A stretch of 64,000 nt of DNA from an uncultured Bacteroidales bacterium (GCA_903913285.1 CAIWKO010000022.1:5230-69229); one strand, 5' to 3'. Counted from the first letter of the stretch, positions 30,827-40,631 are shown. Program-made: numbers and translations. Notes: generated by a model from the letters alone, not told the origin.

Positions 30827-30948
30827 CAAGGCAATAATTCCATTTCAATACATATTCAACTATCGCTTTATCAAATAAATATCTAATAAAACACCTCAAT
30901 TTTACCTTCTAAAAAAATAATTATGAACCCGTAACTCGTAATTATAAA

Positions 30949-32541
30949 CTACAAACTCTTCGCCAGCCTTTCCCGTTCCTCTGCCGGCACTTTTTCCCAC
31001 GGCCCTATGTCGTATTGACGTATAAGTATGCGGTATTGTTCGGCGTCGCGGTTCATGCGGCCTATATGGCGGTTGTAGCTTATCATCGAAAGCAAAAACG
31101 ACAGGCCCATATCTTTGGCCAGCTTCTTTCGCCTGATTTGCCCGATGATGTAGTGAAACAAACGGCGTTTGCCGGGTGCCGGAATAAAAAGATACTCTTT
31201 CAGCAGTTTCCAAAGCATGTTCAAAATAAATGCAAGGCCCGGGCTGCCGTCGTTATATGGTTTGTTGAAATGTCCTTCGCCAAATAATATTTTCGCTTTC
31301 GGTAAAATAGATTCGAACGAATACATACGCATGAGCGTGGTCAGATATTTGTCAAACAACTCTATCTGCCCCATTTTATAATAATGTATGCACGGAAACA
31401 GTCCGCCCATCATGTCGGGGTTGTTGTCGTATACGCGGCCTTCAGCCTTCAATCTGTTATAGAGCTCAGTGCCATGAGGTGCACCAAGGATATTAAAATT
31501 AATATACGACAGCCCGGTGCGTTGCGTAAACTCATATAGGCGGTCGAATTCGTCGAGCGTATCGTTGTCGAAACCGATCACGAAGGAAGCATTGATATGA
31601 ATACCGTGCGAATGTATAGTTCGGATGGCTTCCTCGTAGATCTCCGCGTCGCGGTTTTGTTTTTTATGGGTTTCATTGAGGCTGCCCGCGTTGAGCGACT
31701 CGAATCCGATGAGGATATTAAAACAGCCTGCATCATTCATCTCCGTGAGCAAGGTTTCGTCTTTTGCAATTTCGATGCTCGACATACATCCCCAAGATAT
31801 CCTGAGCGGTTTGAACGCTTCCATCAGTTCGTGAGCATGCCGTTTGTTGGCCGTCAGATTATCATCAACGAATAGTATTTTGCGTATGGGTAAGCTCTTT
31901 ATCTCGGCCACCACATTGTCGATGTTGCGGTAGCGCATTTTGTTGCCAAAGAGTTTTGTTACAAGGCAAAACTCGCATTTGTAGGGGCATCCCCTCGAAA
32001 TTTGCATGCCCACCTGAAACACCTTTTTCATATTCACCAAGTCCCATCGCGGAGGTGGTATTTCTTTAAAATCGCAAAATTCGGTGGTTTGGTATAAAGG
32101 TTTCAGCGTGCCATTTTCAAAATCTTCCAGACACAACAGCCAGAGGTTTTCGGCTTCGCCTATCACCAGACTGTCGGCATGAAAACGGGCTTCGTCGGTC
32201 ATAAACGAAACATAAGGCCCGCCGATAACCACCTTTACGCCCTGCGAACGATACCAGTCGCCAATTTCGTAGGCGCGCACGGCCGTGGTGGCCAGCGCCG
32301 AAATGCCTACCAGGTCGGGCATTTCCTTGGCGGGAAGTTTTTCGAGCTCCTCATCAATAATGCGCACATCGTAGCAATCGGGAGTTATGGCCGCAATCAT
32401 CGGCATCGACAGCGGAAGCATAAACTTCTTTTTGCCCAGCATTTTGCTCAGCTCGGTCTGCCCATAGTAGTTTACATACTTTTGCCCGGGCAATATCAGG
32501 AAGATCTTTTTCTTTATCGATGGAGGATTTGTCATGATCAA
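30949..32541 (-). CDS. B12-binding domain-containing radical SAM protein
   Basis: 530 aa. N-terminal cobalamin-binding-like domain, then the radical SAM motif SRGCPYKCEFC. Confidence 0.85.
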   Translation of the reverse strand: MIMTNPPSIKKKIFLILPGQKYVNYYGQTELSKMLGKKKFMLPLSMPMIAAITPDCYDVRIIDEELEKLPAKEMPDLVGISALATTAVRAYEIGDWYRSQGVKVVIGGPYVSFMTDEARFHADSLVIGEAENLWLLCLEDFENGTLKPLYQTTEFCDFKEIPPPRWDLVNMKKVFQVGMQISRGCPYKCEFCLVTKLFGNKMRYRNIDNVVAEIKSLPIRKILFVDDNLTANKRHAHELMEAFKPLRISWGCMSSIEIAKDETLLTEMNDAGCFNILIGFESLNAGSLNETHKKQNRDAEIYEEAIRTIHSHGIHINASFVIGFDNDTLDEFDRLYEFTQRTGLSYINFNILGAPHGTELYNRLKAEGRVYDNNPDMMGGLFPCIHYYKMGQIELFDKYLTTLMRMYSFESILPKAKILFGEGHFNKPYNDGSPGLAFILNMLWKLLKEYLFIPAPGKRRLFHYIIGQIRRKKLAKDMGLSFLLSMISYNRHIGRMNRDAEQYRILIRQYDIGPWEKVPAEERERLAKSL

Positions 32542-33654
32542 TTAAAAATATCTCAGGGCGAACCCTGCTTGCATGAATTTGCTGACTTCGGTAACAAAAC
32601 TTAGAACCAGGTCGTTATGCTGCAATTTTTCTTCTCTGAATATTTTGTCGAGGCAAATAAAAACCATTGGTGGACCAACATAGCCCATATCGCTCATGCT
32701 TGTGTATAAAGTTTCTTTGCGGATGCCCAGCGATTCGCATTCTTCGATGATCATTTCCGAGATGTGCTTCGAAGGAAAGTTCACCTGAAAATATTTCAGT
32801 TGGCTCAGGTCGATATGATATTTTTCGATCATCCGCTTCAGGCCTTTATAAAACACCGAACCGTCGGTATCGTGAAAATGAAGCCTCAACTGCTCGTTAA
32901 ACATCTGTGCCATGTGATGGCTTCCGGTGTCGAATTCCGTTTTGGGGTTTTGCCAGTAGGCCGGGCGATGGTTAAGCATGGCGGCAGGCTTTTTTCCGCC
33001 TACCGATTCGATATAAGCGCTTTCAACCAACAGTCCTTCGCGTCTATCGGTAGCCTGCAACACCAATGCACCTGCCCCGTCGCACAAAAAATAGCGCATA
33101 AACAACTCTTCCTTTTTGATTAGGGGCTGATTAAAATATTCGGCTATCAGTTCCGACGATGAAATGCCTGATGAAATTACCAGAGCAGTATCATAGCGTC
33201 CCGACTTAATAAAATCATAAGCAACTAAAAAAGCTTTATAGGCCGATGTGCAATTGGCATGTATCGATATTTCGCCGCATGCTTCAATGCCCAACCCTTC
33301 CTGAATGCGGACGCTTGCAGTCGGCATCTGATGCTGATGGGCGCTTCCGTATGAAATGAACTGTATATCCGAAGGCTTCATTCCTGCCATTTCAATAGCT
33401 TTGGTGGCAGCTTTCACCGACATGCTCACATTGTCGTCGGTAAATTGCCGGGTTTCGGGGTCAATGGCATAATGATAATAATTGATGTCAAGCATTTCCT
33501 TCATCAAGGGTTTGATACGGGCAAACCATTTTGCTACCGATGCAGGTGCATCTGTTATTTCGCCCAGATACCGGTCGGCGTCTTCAAAAGCCACCGGTTT
33601 TCCGGGTAAATACCTTCCGGTTCCGCATATTCTAACTTCTCTTTCAGCCATCAA
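32542..33654 (-). CDS. 3-oxoacyl-ACP synthase III (KAS III/FabH-like, DarB-like) family condensing enzyme
   Basis: 370 aa with thiolase-fold features: candidate nucleophile Cys in IHANCTSAYKAF, downstream His (GSHHM) and Asn (FQVNFPS). Stop abuts the start of the next gene. Confidence 0.8.
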   Translation of the reverse strand: MMAEREVRICGTGRYLPGKPVAFEDADRYLGEITDAPASVAKWFARIKPLMKEMLDINYYHYAIDPETRQFTDDNVSMSVKAATKAIEMAGMKPSDIQFISYGSAHQHQMPTASVRIQEGLGIEACGEISIHANCTSAYKAFLVAYDFIKSGRYDTALVISSGISSSELIAEYFNQPLIKKEELFMRYFLCDGAGALVLQATDRREGLLVESAYIESVGGKKPAAMLNHRPAYWQNPKTEFDTGSHHMAQMFNEQLRLHFHDTDGSVFYKGLKRMIEKYHIDLSQLKYFQVNFPSKHISEMIIEECESLGIRKETLYTSMSDMGYVGPPMVFICLDKIFREEKLQHNDLVLSFVTEVSKFMQAGFALRYF

Positions 33655-34312
33655 CGGGTTTCTTTAAGTACGTCTTAATATAAAATTCCCTGTGAGCAGG
33701 ATTATAATTATTAACAATATTTTTAGCAAAAGTAACAGCTTTTTCGATAAGTTCGTTCTTTCCGACAACTTCATCCACAATTCCCATATTCAAGGCTTCA
33801 GGTGCATTTAAGTTTTTGCCTGTCAGCAGCAGTTCCATCATATCTTTTTCATCAAGCAAAGCAGCCAGATAAACCGTACCTCCGCAACCGGGCATAAGGT
33901 TAAATCCGGCTTCTGGAAACCCCATAATGATGTTTTCGGTGGCAATACGAAAATGACACGCCATGGCCAGTTCCATTGCTGAACCTATGCAAACGCCTTT
34001 GATGGCAGCTATCACCGGGATGTGAGCCGTATAAAACCGTTTAAACGTTTGGCTGTTGGCAATATAAAAATCGGCAGCCTGTTGCGGATAATTGCTGTCG
34101 AACGACAATAGATCACTAATATCGGCTCCCGATGAAAAATGGCGTCCTTTACCGGTGATAATTATTGCCCGAACCGCTTTATTATTCAAAATAGTATCTG
34201 CAAGTTCGCGTATCTCGTAAAAAAAAAGTTTCGACATACTGTTTGCAGGAGGCTGATTCAGGTGTATGAATCCGATCTCATTTTCGATATGCCAATCGAT
34301 CGTTTTAAACAT
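33644..34312 (-). CDS. Enoyl-CoA hydratase/isomerase (crotonase) family protein
   Basis: Start set at ATG 34312 (MFKTIDWH..), which shares one base with the upstream TAA (TAATG). Crotonase features include ..GKGRHFSSGADI.. and ..GVCIGSAMELAMAC... Confidence 0.82.
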   Translation of the reverse strand: MFKTIDWHIENEIGFIHLNQPPANSMSKLFFYEIRELADTILNNKAVRAIIITGKGRHFSSGADISDLLSFDSNYPQQAADFYIANSQTFKRFYTAHIPVIAAIKGVCIGSAMELAMACHFRIATENIIMGFPEAGFNLMPGCGGTVYLAALLDEKDMMELLLTGKNLNAPEALNMGIVDEVVGKNELIEKAVTFAKNIVNNYNPAHREFYIKTYLKKPVDG

Positions 34313-35061
34313 TATTTCATGCCTTTTTTCCTGTTTGCCGTTTCTTCCAATGCCAACTCGCAAAACAAGCGTGTTTCTTCATGCAAGGCTTCGTGCAACT
34401 CCAGTGCGTGGGCATTGTGAAGCGCCTGCATGATAGAGGCTACCACTTTCTTTGGTTTCGAATCAACCAGATTGTTCAAATATTCAACAGCGAAATCCAG
34501 AACATTTTCTTCCGTCAGTTGGTTAACAACGTTTAATGTAAATGCTTTTTCGGCATTAAAAGTTTCGCCAGATAAAACCAAGGCCAGCGCTTCGGCCGAA
34601 CCTGTTTTGTGCGACAGACGAAATATACCTCCCAAACCGGGCATCAGATTATAATTTACTTCCGGAAAAGCAAACAAAGCCTTAACCGATGCAAAACGCA
34701 TATGGCACGCCAGCGCAATTTCCAAACCGCCTCCCCAGCATACTCCGTTGATGGCTGCCAGCACAGGAATATTCATAGAGGCTATACCTTCGAGCAGTTC
34801 AGAACCTGCCGACATTTCATGTTTGAGCAATTTGCTGTCGTTTGTCAGGTCGAAGAGGTTTTGGAGGTCGGCGCCTGCCGAAAAGTGCCTGCCGACTCCC
34901 GAGATCACCAAACCTTTTATATCATCCATATCCCCGATCGATTGAAGATATTCCATACTGATAAAGGCCGGTTGGTTTAAAAAATTCTGTGGCGGATTGC
35001 TGATCTTCAGAACAGCAACACAGCCTTTTTTCTCGAACACGACATTTTCGGGTGTTGTCAA
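34312..35061 (-). CDS. Enoyl-CoA hydratase/isomerase (crotonase) family protein
   Basis: 249 aa. ..GVGRHFSAGADL.. and ..GVCWGGGLEIALACH.. oxyanion-hole-type segments. Paralogous to the downstream gene. Confidence 0.82.
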   Translation of the reverse strand: MTTPENVVFEKKGCVAVLKISNPPQNFLNQPAFISMEYLQSIGDMDDIKGLVISGVGRHFSAGADLQNLFDLTNDSKLLKHEMSAGSELLEGIASMNIPVLAAINGVCWGGGLEIALACHMRFASVKALFAFPEVNYNLMPGLGGIFRLSHKTGSAEALALVLSGETFNAEKAFTLNVVNQLTEENVLDFAVEYLNNLVDSKPKKVVASIMQALHNAHALELHEALHEETRLFCELALEETANRKKGMK

Positions 35062-35456
35062 AATTTTTGGGTTTGAGTTATCAGTATATCAAATTCGGAT
35101 GGAACCTCGCACGGCACTCTTTCTTTGTTCAAAGGAATGGTTTTAACCACCGCATGCGATAGTTTTATTCCTGTATCTTCATTGGTCATGCGCTGTTTGA
35201 AAATAACATAAGGACCGCTCAGTTCAATGATAGTGCGGATCAATATTTTGTCAAATAAACAAGCTTCTTTTGAATAACGTATGTTGATCTCGGTGACCAC
35301 CAAAAAGATCTGGTCGGCTAATAACATATCCAGCAAACCGGTTTCCCGCATAATTTCCCAACGTGCCTGTTCGAAATAATTCAGATAAACAGCGTTGTTT
35401 ACGTGATTATACGAATCAAGCTCATAACCCCTGACAGAAAAACGATATTCAAACAT
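35058..35456 (-). CDS. Hotdog-fold acyl-CoA/acyl-ACP thioesterase (4HBT/YbgC-like)
   Basis: 132 aa. N-terminal ..VRGYELDSYNHVNNAVYLNYFEQAR.. is typical of the 4HBT family. Confidence 0.8.
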   Translation of the reverse strand: MFEYRFSVRGYELDSYNHVNNAVYLNYFEQARWEIMRETGLLDMLLADQIFLVVTEINIRYSKEACLFDKILIRTIIELSGPYVIFKQRMTNEDTGIKLSHAVVKTIPLNKERVPCEVPSEFDILITQTQKF

Positions 35457-35567
35457 TAGCTTTTTTTTATGTGATTAGTGATTGGTGATTAGCGATTAGT
35501 GTTAAACGGTTAGACACGAGTCGCTATTTTATTACACCATTTTCACTTTCAATTTTAATTTTTTAAC

Positions 35568-35957
35568 TTATCTGATCAAATCATCGACAATTTGCTTCTC
35601 GATCTGCGACCATTTCGGATAGTTGAATTTTGTTCCGTCCCATTCAAAATCAACTTTATAAAAATGTTCGTTCATAAAAGTAAGTTTCGATTTTGCTTCG
35701 GGGTCGTGAACTATGAAAATAAGGTTTACAGGTGCTATGTTAAAATGGTGGCTTAATATGCCGGCCAATTGTGCCGAATAATTAGTCACCGATGTTCCTG
35801 GGTTTTCAGCGTAGAGTTCAGTTGCAATTACAACAGTTTTATCGTTTTTATGCACCAGTTTCAATCCGCAACGCGAGGTAACATCCCATAAACCTTTAAA
35901 TTCATAAACTTCATCAAAGTAATCCGAATTAATCTCTTTATTAAACTGCTTTATCAT
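35568..35957 (-). CDS. Hypothetical protein within the biosynthetic operon
   Basis: 129-aa ORF, no recognised motif. Sits between the radical SAM and thioesterase genes. Confidence 0.55.
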   Translation of the reverse strand: MIKQFNKEINSDYFDEVYEFKGLWDVTSRCGLKLVHKNDKTVVIATELYAENPGTSVTNYSAQLAGILSHHFNIAPVNLIFIVHDPEAKSKLTFMNEHFYKVDFEWDGTKFNYPKWSQIEKQIVDDLIR

Positions 35958-35972
35958 AGGTGAACTGATTTT

Positions 35973-37250
35973 TTAGTTATTGGCTTTGCGAATCACTTGT
36001 TTCCCAAAACTGTTACGCGACAGATCTTCTCTGACCCGGGTGTAGGTTCCGTCGGCAATTTCTTTCATAATGACCTGCTGAAATAGTTTGAACATCTTTT
36101 CAGTTTGGGTTTCTTCTTTATAAAAAGTGTTCCAGGCATAATGATACAATTCCTGAAGTTTTTCAGGTGTCATCTGCTTGGGCTGGATAACTACTTTACC
36201 AGCATTATAATGGTTCCAGTCGTGATCGATGATGCGGTTCTGACGCAGCATATCGTCGTATGCCTTGGTGTGAGGGAAAGGAGTTAATACCGTAAACTCG
36301 GCCAGATCGAGATTTATCTCGAGCAAAAAGTCGACCAAGCGTTTGATGTCGTCTTCCGAATGGTCGTCGGTTCCGAGCAAAATAGTGCCTTCCACTGCAA
36401 TGCCATGGTCGTGATAGCGTTTCACACGGTCGCGGATATAATCGGACGTGTCGAACACAGCCTGATATACAAACCATGCACCTGCCTGAGCAGCCAGATC
36501 CAACACCTCATCATCGTCTTCGATAGGATGCGAACACCATTTCTTTTTAAAGGGTATCATTTCGCGAAACAGATCCATTTCCCACTTTTTATCCTGTGCA
36601 AGCGAATTATCAACAATAAACAAACGGTTGTTGTCGATGGTGGCAAGTTCTTCAACCACTTTGTCGATGGGGCGCGGACGGAAACATTTTCCACCCAGAT
36701 AGGCTACAGCACAAGGATAGCAATTGTATTTGCAACCGCGCGAAGCATGAAACAGATCGACCATGCGAACGCCTTTGTGATAGTAAAGTTCTTTTTTCAG
36801 TATGCTTCTGCGGGCAGGGCCGATAAGGTTGATATCGGGATGCTGGTTCATAAAGTTATAAACCTTTTGCAGCTTGTTGTTACGGAAATCTGAGAAAACC
36901 TGTTCCAAACGGCCTTCCACTTCCCCCAAAAATATAGAATCGGCATGTTCCATGGTTTCTTCGGCATGCAACATGGTTGATATGCCCCCAAATATCACTT
37001 TCTTGCCGCGTTTGCGAAATTCGTCGGCTATTTGCCAGCCGCGTTTTATCTGGCCCGTGAGCATCATCGATATACCGATAAAATCGGCATCGTCGTCGAA
37101 CGTAAGGGTATCTACATTTTCGTCCACAAATTCAATATCTACATATTCGGGCAGTGCTGCAGCAAAAACCACCGGTCCGTGAGGCGGCAAGTTAAAAATA
37201 GTTTGTCCTTCGAGTTTTTCCCACTTGGGATAGATAAGTTTAAACTTCAT
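35973..37250 (-). CDS. B12-binding domain-containing radical SAM protein (second copy)
   Basis: 425 aa. N-terminal B12-binding-like domain and SRGCKYNCYPC radical SAM motif. Confidence 0.85.
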   Translation of the reverse strand: MKFKLIYPKWEKLEGQTIFNLPPHGPVVFAAALPEYVDIEFVDENVDTLTFDDDADFIGISMMLTGQIKRGWQIADEFRKRGKKVIFGGISTMLHAEETMEHADSIFLGEVEGRLEQVFSDFRNNKLQKVYNFMNQHPDINLIGPARRSILKKELYYHKGVRMVDLFHASRGCKYNCYPCAVAYLGGKCFRPRPIDKVVEELATIDNNRLFIVDNSLAQDKKWEMDLFREMIPFKKKWCSHPIEDDDEVLDLAAQAGAWFVYQAVFDTSDYIRDRVKRYHDHGIAVEGTILLGTDDHSEDDIKRLVDFLLEINLDLAEFTVLTPFPHTKAYDDMLRQNRIIDHDWNHYNAGKVVIQPKQMTPEKLQELYHYAWNTFYKEETQTEKMFKLFQQVIMKEIADGTYTRVREDLSRNSFGKQVIRKANN

Positions 37251-37274
37251 TTTCGTGATTTTAGTTGTACTTAT

Positions 37275-38957
37275 TTATAGTTCTTTCATCTCTTTCTTAC
37301 AAGCTTCGATACGCTGATCGATGTGTTGCTTGTCGGAATAAAAAGATATCTGTTTTTCTTTGGCTTGAGTATAATATTGCAGGGCTTTTCCGAAATCGCG
37401 CTGCACGTAGTAAAAATCGCCGACCAATGAGTAGGTTAGATAATAATCGGGATTGGATCGAATGAGTTTTGTCAGCAAGGTTTCGTCAGGTTTAGCAGTG
37501 TTTTGGTGAATTTGTTCCCATAAAATATCTTTCAAGCTTTTAAATTTTAAGACATTGCAATAATATTCCTGAAGCAGTTTCCAATTCGGCTGCAAAGATA
37601 ATGGAATTTGGTAAATTTCTTTATGTTTTGACGGACAATCTTGCATCGAAAATACTTTTTTAAGGTCGTAGCATACATAAGTGCCTAACTGATACGGTCC
37701 GGTTGAAACCCACACCAATAATTTCTCGGGTTTGAATATTACGGAATGGTGAGCGATATACTGGTTTATGGCCATCTCGTTGGTATAGCCTATTTTTTCG
37801 TCGTTCAGCCCGTAGGGGTTGCGCAAAATATAGGCGGCAGTGTATTCGTTCAGTTTTTGGTTTTGATGGATGAGTTGTTTGGTTCGTTCGTAGCGGTATT
37901 TTGTGGGTGTTTGTTGCTGTTGTTTTATGTTTTGCTGATCGTTGACGAATTCTTTGCCGATAAAATGGTTGGTGCACACCAGATAATTGGAATCGGAACT
38001 CACCACATCGGATTTGTAAGGGCTTTTTTCGATGATAACGGCCTGCCTGTCGGCAGCAGAACCCACCAGCAATGATTCGGAAACGAAGGTGGAATAGGAA
38101 GCGGCTATTTTTTTCGCTTCAGCGATATTGTTGGCGTATTGCAATATGTGGCGCGCCACCAGCGAAATGGGAGTTGCAATATGCAGGGGAATGTACGACT
38201 TGGCCGCGTTCAGCGTAAGGGTGAGCCCCCGGTCGTTCATGCCCGAAACCACTCCTGCCATCCCGCCCCAGGTGATCATCATAAAGTTATAGCCGCTGTC
38301 GGGTTTGATGAATTCCACTATTTTGTCTTCGGCAAATTCGTCGCCAACATAAAAATCGAAATTACGGCCGATGAGCAAAGCAGAATCTTCGGAGCGATCG
38401 CCCCAAACGGCAAAAGAGGTGCAGCCCACCAGATGGTAGTTCTGCAGCATGTGGCCGATGTCGTGGGCGGCATGATAGTTCAGTATGCGCTGATATTTGG
38501 GACCTATCCAGTCGAAATCGTTGGAGGCGAACTGCGAAATGCCGTAAATTTCCTGCAGATATTCGGGTTTTATGTACTGATCGATGTCGCGGTTGAACAC
38601 GGCCAGCAAGATGCGCAAAAACCGCAGGTAATTGTTGGAAGGCACCATTTTGTGTATCTGGTCAACAAAGGCTTTTTCCTGCTTGTAGATGAGGGCGCGG
38701 CTCAGTTTGCCGATGACCAGACCGCGATGATAGGCATCGCCTTCGGCATAGAGTTCGAACAAACCCGTGTTGCTTTTGTGCAGCCACGAGCGGCCGCAAA
38801 ATGTCAGCGAATCGCCGTCGTTCCTGGTGACCAGTGAGGCGGTGTCGACCGCGGCTACCTTCGGGGGAGCGATGATGAGCATCTGCCTGACGCATATCAC
38901 ACCCACAGCCGACAGAACAATTATTGCTGCGAAAAACGCTGTCAGGAACTTTTTCAT
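37275..38957 (-). CDS. Peptidase C45 / acyl-CoA:6-APA acyltransferase-like Ntn-hydrolase family protein with N-terminal TM helix and C-terminal TPR-like tail
   Basis: 560 aa. ..NYHAAHDIGH..LVGCTSFAVWG..LIGRNFDF.. core (candidate Ntn Cys in GCTSF). Paralog at 53578..55242. Confidence 0.75.
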   Translation of the reverse strand: MKKFLTAFFAAIIVLSAVGVICVRQMLIIAPPKVAAVDTASLVTRNDGDSLTFCGRSWLHKSNTGLFELYAEGDAYHRGLVIGKLSRALIYKQEKAFVDQIHKMVPSNNYLRFLRILLAVFNRDIDQYIKPEYLQEIYGISQFASNDFDWIGPKYQRILNYHAAHDIGHMLQNYHLVGCTSFAVWGDRSEDSALLIGRNFDFYVGDEFAEDKIVEFIKPDSGYNFMMITWGGMAGVVSGMNDRGLTLTLNAAKSYIPLHIATPISLVARHILQYANNIAEAKKIAASYSTFVSESLLVGSAADRQAVIIEKSPYKSDVVSSDSNYLVCTNHFIGKEFVNDQQNIKQQQQTPTKYRYERTKQLIHQNQKLNEYTAAYILRNPYGLNDEKIGYTNEMAINQYIAHHSVIFKPEKLLVWVSTGPYQLGTYVCYDLKKVFSMQDCPSKHKEIYQIPLSLQPNWKLLQEYYCNVLKFKSLKDILWEQIHQNTAKPDETLLTKLIRSNPDYYLTYSLVGDFYYVQRDFGKALQYYTQAKEKQISFYSDKQHIDQRIEACKKEMKEL

Positions 38958-38960
38958 GCG

Positions 38961-40460
38961 TTAGCCGGCGTTTTTTATTTTTTTCACGAGATATTCGAGC
39001 CCGAGCAATTCGGAACAGGTGGTTACCGAGCCTATGGTTACGCCCAACACACCGTGCAGTATGATGTTCTGCCCCGTGAGCAGCAAATTGGGTATTTTGG
39101 TTTTGGGCGATATAAGGGTTTTGAGCGGGTCGTTGCAGTCTTTGAGTATGCCGTAGAGCGAGCCACCCACGGTGCCGGTGTAGTCGCGATAGGTTAAGGG
39201 CGACGAGGCATACACCTTTTTGATGGTTTTGCGGAATCCGGGGAAACGCTGTTCAACCAGATCGAGAACCTGTTCGGTCTTCTGCTTTTTAAATTCGTTG
39301 TAATCTGCTCCGCGGCGCCCGATGGTGGTGTTTTCCCATTGCTTCACATCGGTGATATCCATATAGGCCATGATGGTGGCACAGTCGGCATATTTATCGG
39401 AACGCGAAGTAGCGGGAGTGATGAGCAGAAAATTGAAAGGCCAGTCTTTATCGGTGTCTTCGTGGGTGAGCCACACGTCGTCTTTTTTATAGTAATACTG
39501 GTTGTGGTTGAGATATTCGAAGGAGTCCTGATTGAAAACCACGTAAAGGGTGAAGTTCGAGGTGGTGTTTTCGAGGTTCATGATGCGTTCGCGATAGGCT
39601 TTGCGCAGATATTTCTCTTCTATCATCGCCAAAGTGCGGGCTGGATGTATGCTCGAAATAAAGTTTTTGGCGCTCAGCACTTCTTTGTTGCTGAGTTCAA
39701 CACTGCTGATAGCGCCATTCTCCATTATAAACCTGTCCACCTTGGCGTTGGTCATGATGGTGCCCCCGTGTTGCAGTATGGATGCGGCCATGGTTTCGGC
39801 TATCATCGAACTGCCATCGACCACCCTGTAGGCGCTCTCGATAAACGAATTGTTGACCAGCGCGTGTACATAGAGCGGGGTTTTTTCGGGCAGACCGGCG
39901 TAAAGCGGGTTGGTGCCTGCCAACACGTTCTGCAGTTTGGTGTCGGGAGTTATTGCTTTGATATAATCGAAGGCATTGTCGGAAAAGAAATTCATTTCCG
40001 ACACGTCGAGGTTTTTATATTCGAGGTTATAGAGCGGAAAATGGTTGCACATTTCCCTGAGTTTGTCGGTATAGTCGTGCAGGGCTTTGCGGCTGGCAGG
40101 AAATTGTTCGGCAAGGGTTTCGGCAAAGTTGTCGTGGCCCTGGGCAAACTTATAGTCGGTGGGGTCGTTGGCAAAATTGATGATGTCGAAGGCACCCTCG
40201 TCGAGCCGTTTGAGGTTGAGCTTATCCATCAGGCCGAAATATTTGAAATAGCGGTTGAGCGATTGCCCCTCGTCGAGGCCGCCGATGTAGTGTATGCCGG
40301 TGTCGAAAATGCAGCCGTCGCGGGTGAAGTTCTGCAAACAGCCGCCTATCTGGCTGTGCTGTTCGACGATACACACGTTGTAGCCTTCTTTTGATAAGAT
40401 ATAGCCGCACTGCAAACCGCTGAGGCCGCTGCCGATAATTATAACGTCGAATTGGTTCAT
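38961..40460 (-). CDS. NAD(P)/FAD-dependent oxidoreductase, phytoene desaturase (CrtI)-like family
   Basis: 499 aa. N-terminal dinucleotide fold FDVIIIGSGLSGLQCGYILSKEGYNVCIVEQHSQIGG. Confidence 0.85.
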   Translation of the reverse strand: MNQFDVIIIGSGLSGLQCGYILSKEGYNVCIVEQHSQIGGCLQNFTRDGCIFDTGIHYIGGLDEGQSLNRYFKYFGLMDKLNLKRLDEGAFDIINFANDPTDYKFAQGHDNFAETLAEQFPASRKALHDYTDKLREMCNHFPLYNLEYKNLDVSEMNFFSDNAFDYIKAITPDTKLQNVLAGTNPLYAGLPEKTPLYVHALVNNSFIESAYRVVDGSSMIAETMAASILQHGGTIMTNAKVDRFIMENGAISSVELSNKEVLSAKNFISSIHPARTLAMIEEKYLRKAYRERIMNLENTTSNFTLYVVFNQDSFEYLNHNQYYYKKDDVWLTHEDTDKDWPFNFLLITPATSRSDKYADCATIMAYMDITDVKQWENTTIGRRGADYNEFKKQKTEQVLDLVEQRFPGFRKTIKKVYASSPLTYRDYTGTVGGSLYGILKDCNDPLKTLISPKTKIPNLLLTGQNIILHGVLGVTIGSVTTCSELLGLEYLVKKIKNAG

Positions 40461-40531
40461 AGCTGTTGTTGTGCCCGTGAGTTTATGGGGTTAGGGTGCA
40501 AAAGTAGTAATTTTTTTGTTAAATGGGGGGA

Positions 40532-40600
40532 GTGCCTAAAGTACTTAAAGTGCCTAAAGTACTTAAAGTGCCTAAAGTACTTAAAGTGCCTAAAGTTGGG
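40532..40600. repeat. Tandem repeat, 18-bp unit GTGCCTAAAGTACTTAAA x3.7, followed by GTTGGGA x2
   Basis: Perfect copies start at 40532, 40550 and 40568, with a partial copy at 40586. The unit is itself two related 9-mers. Lies 72 bp upstream of the CrtI-like gene start. Confidence 0.9.
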
Positions 40601-40631
40601 AGTTGGGAGTTATAAAGGTGAAAGTTTAAAG

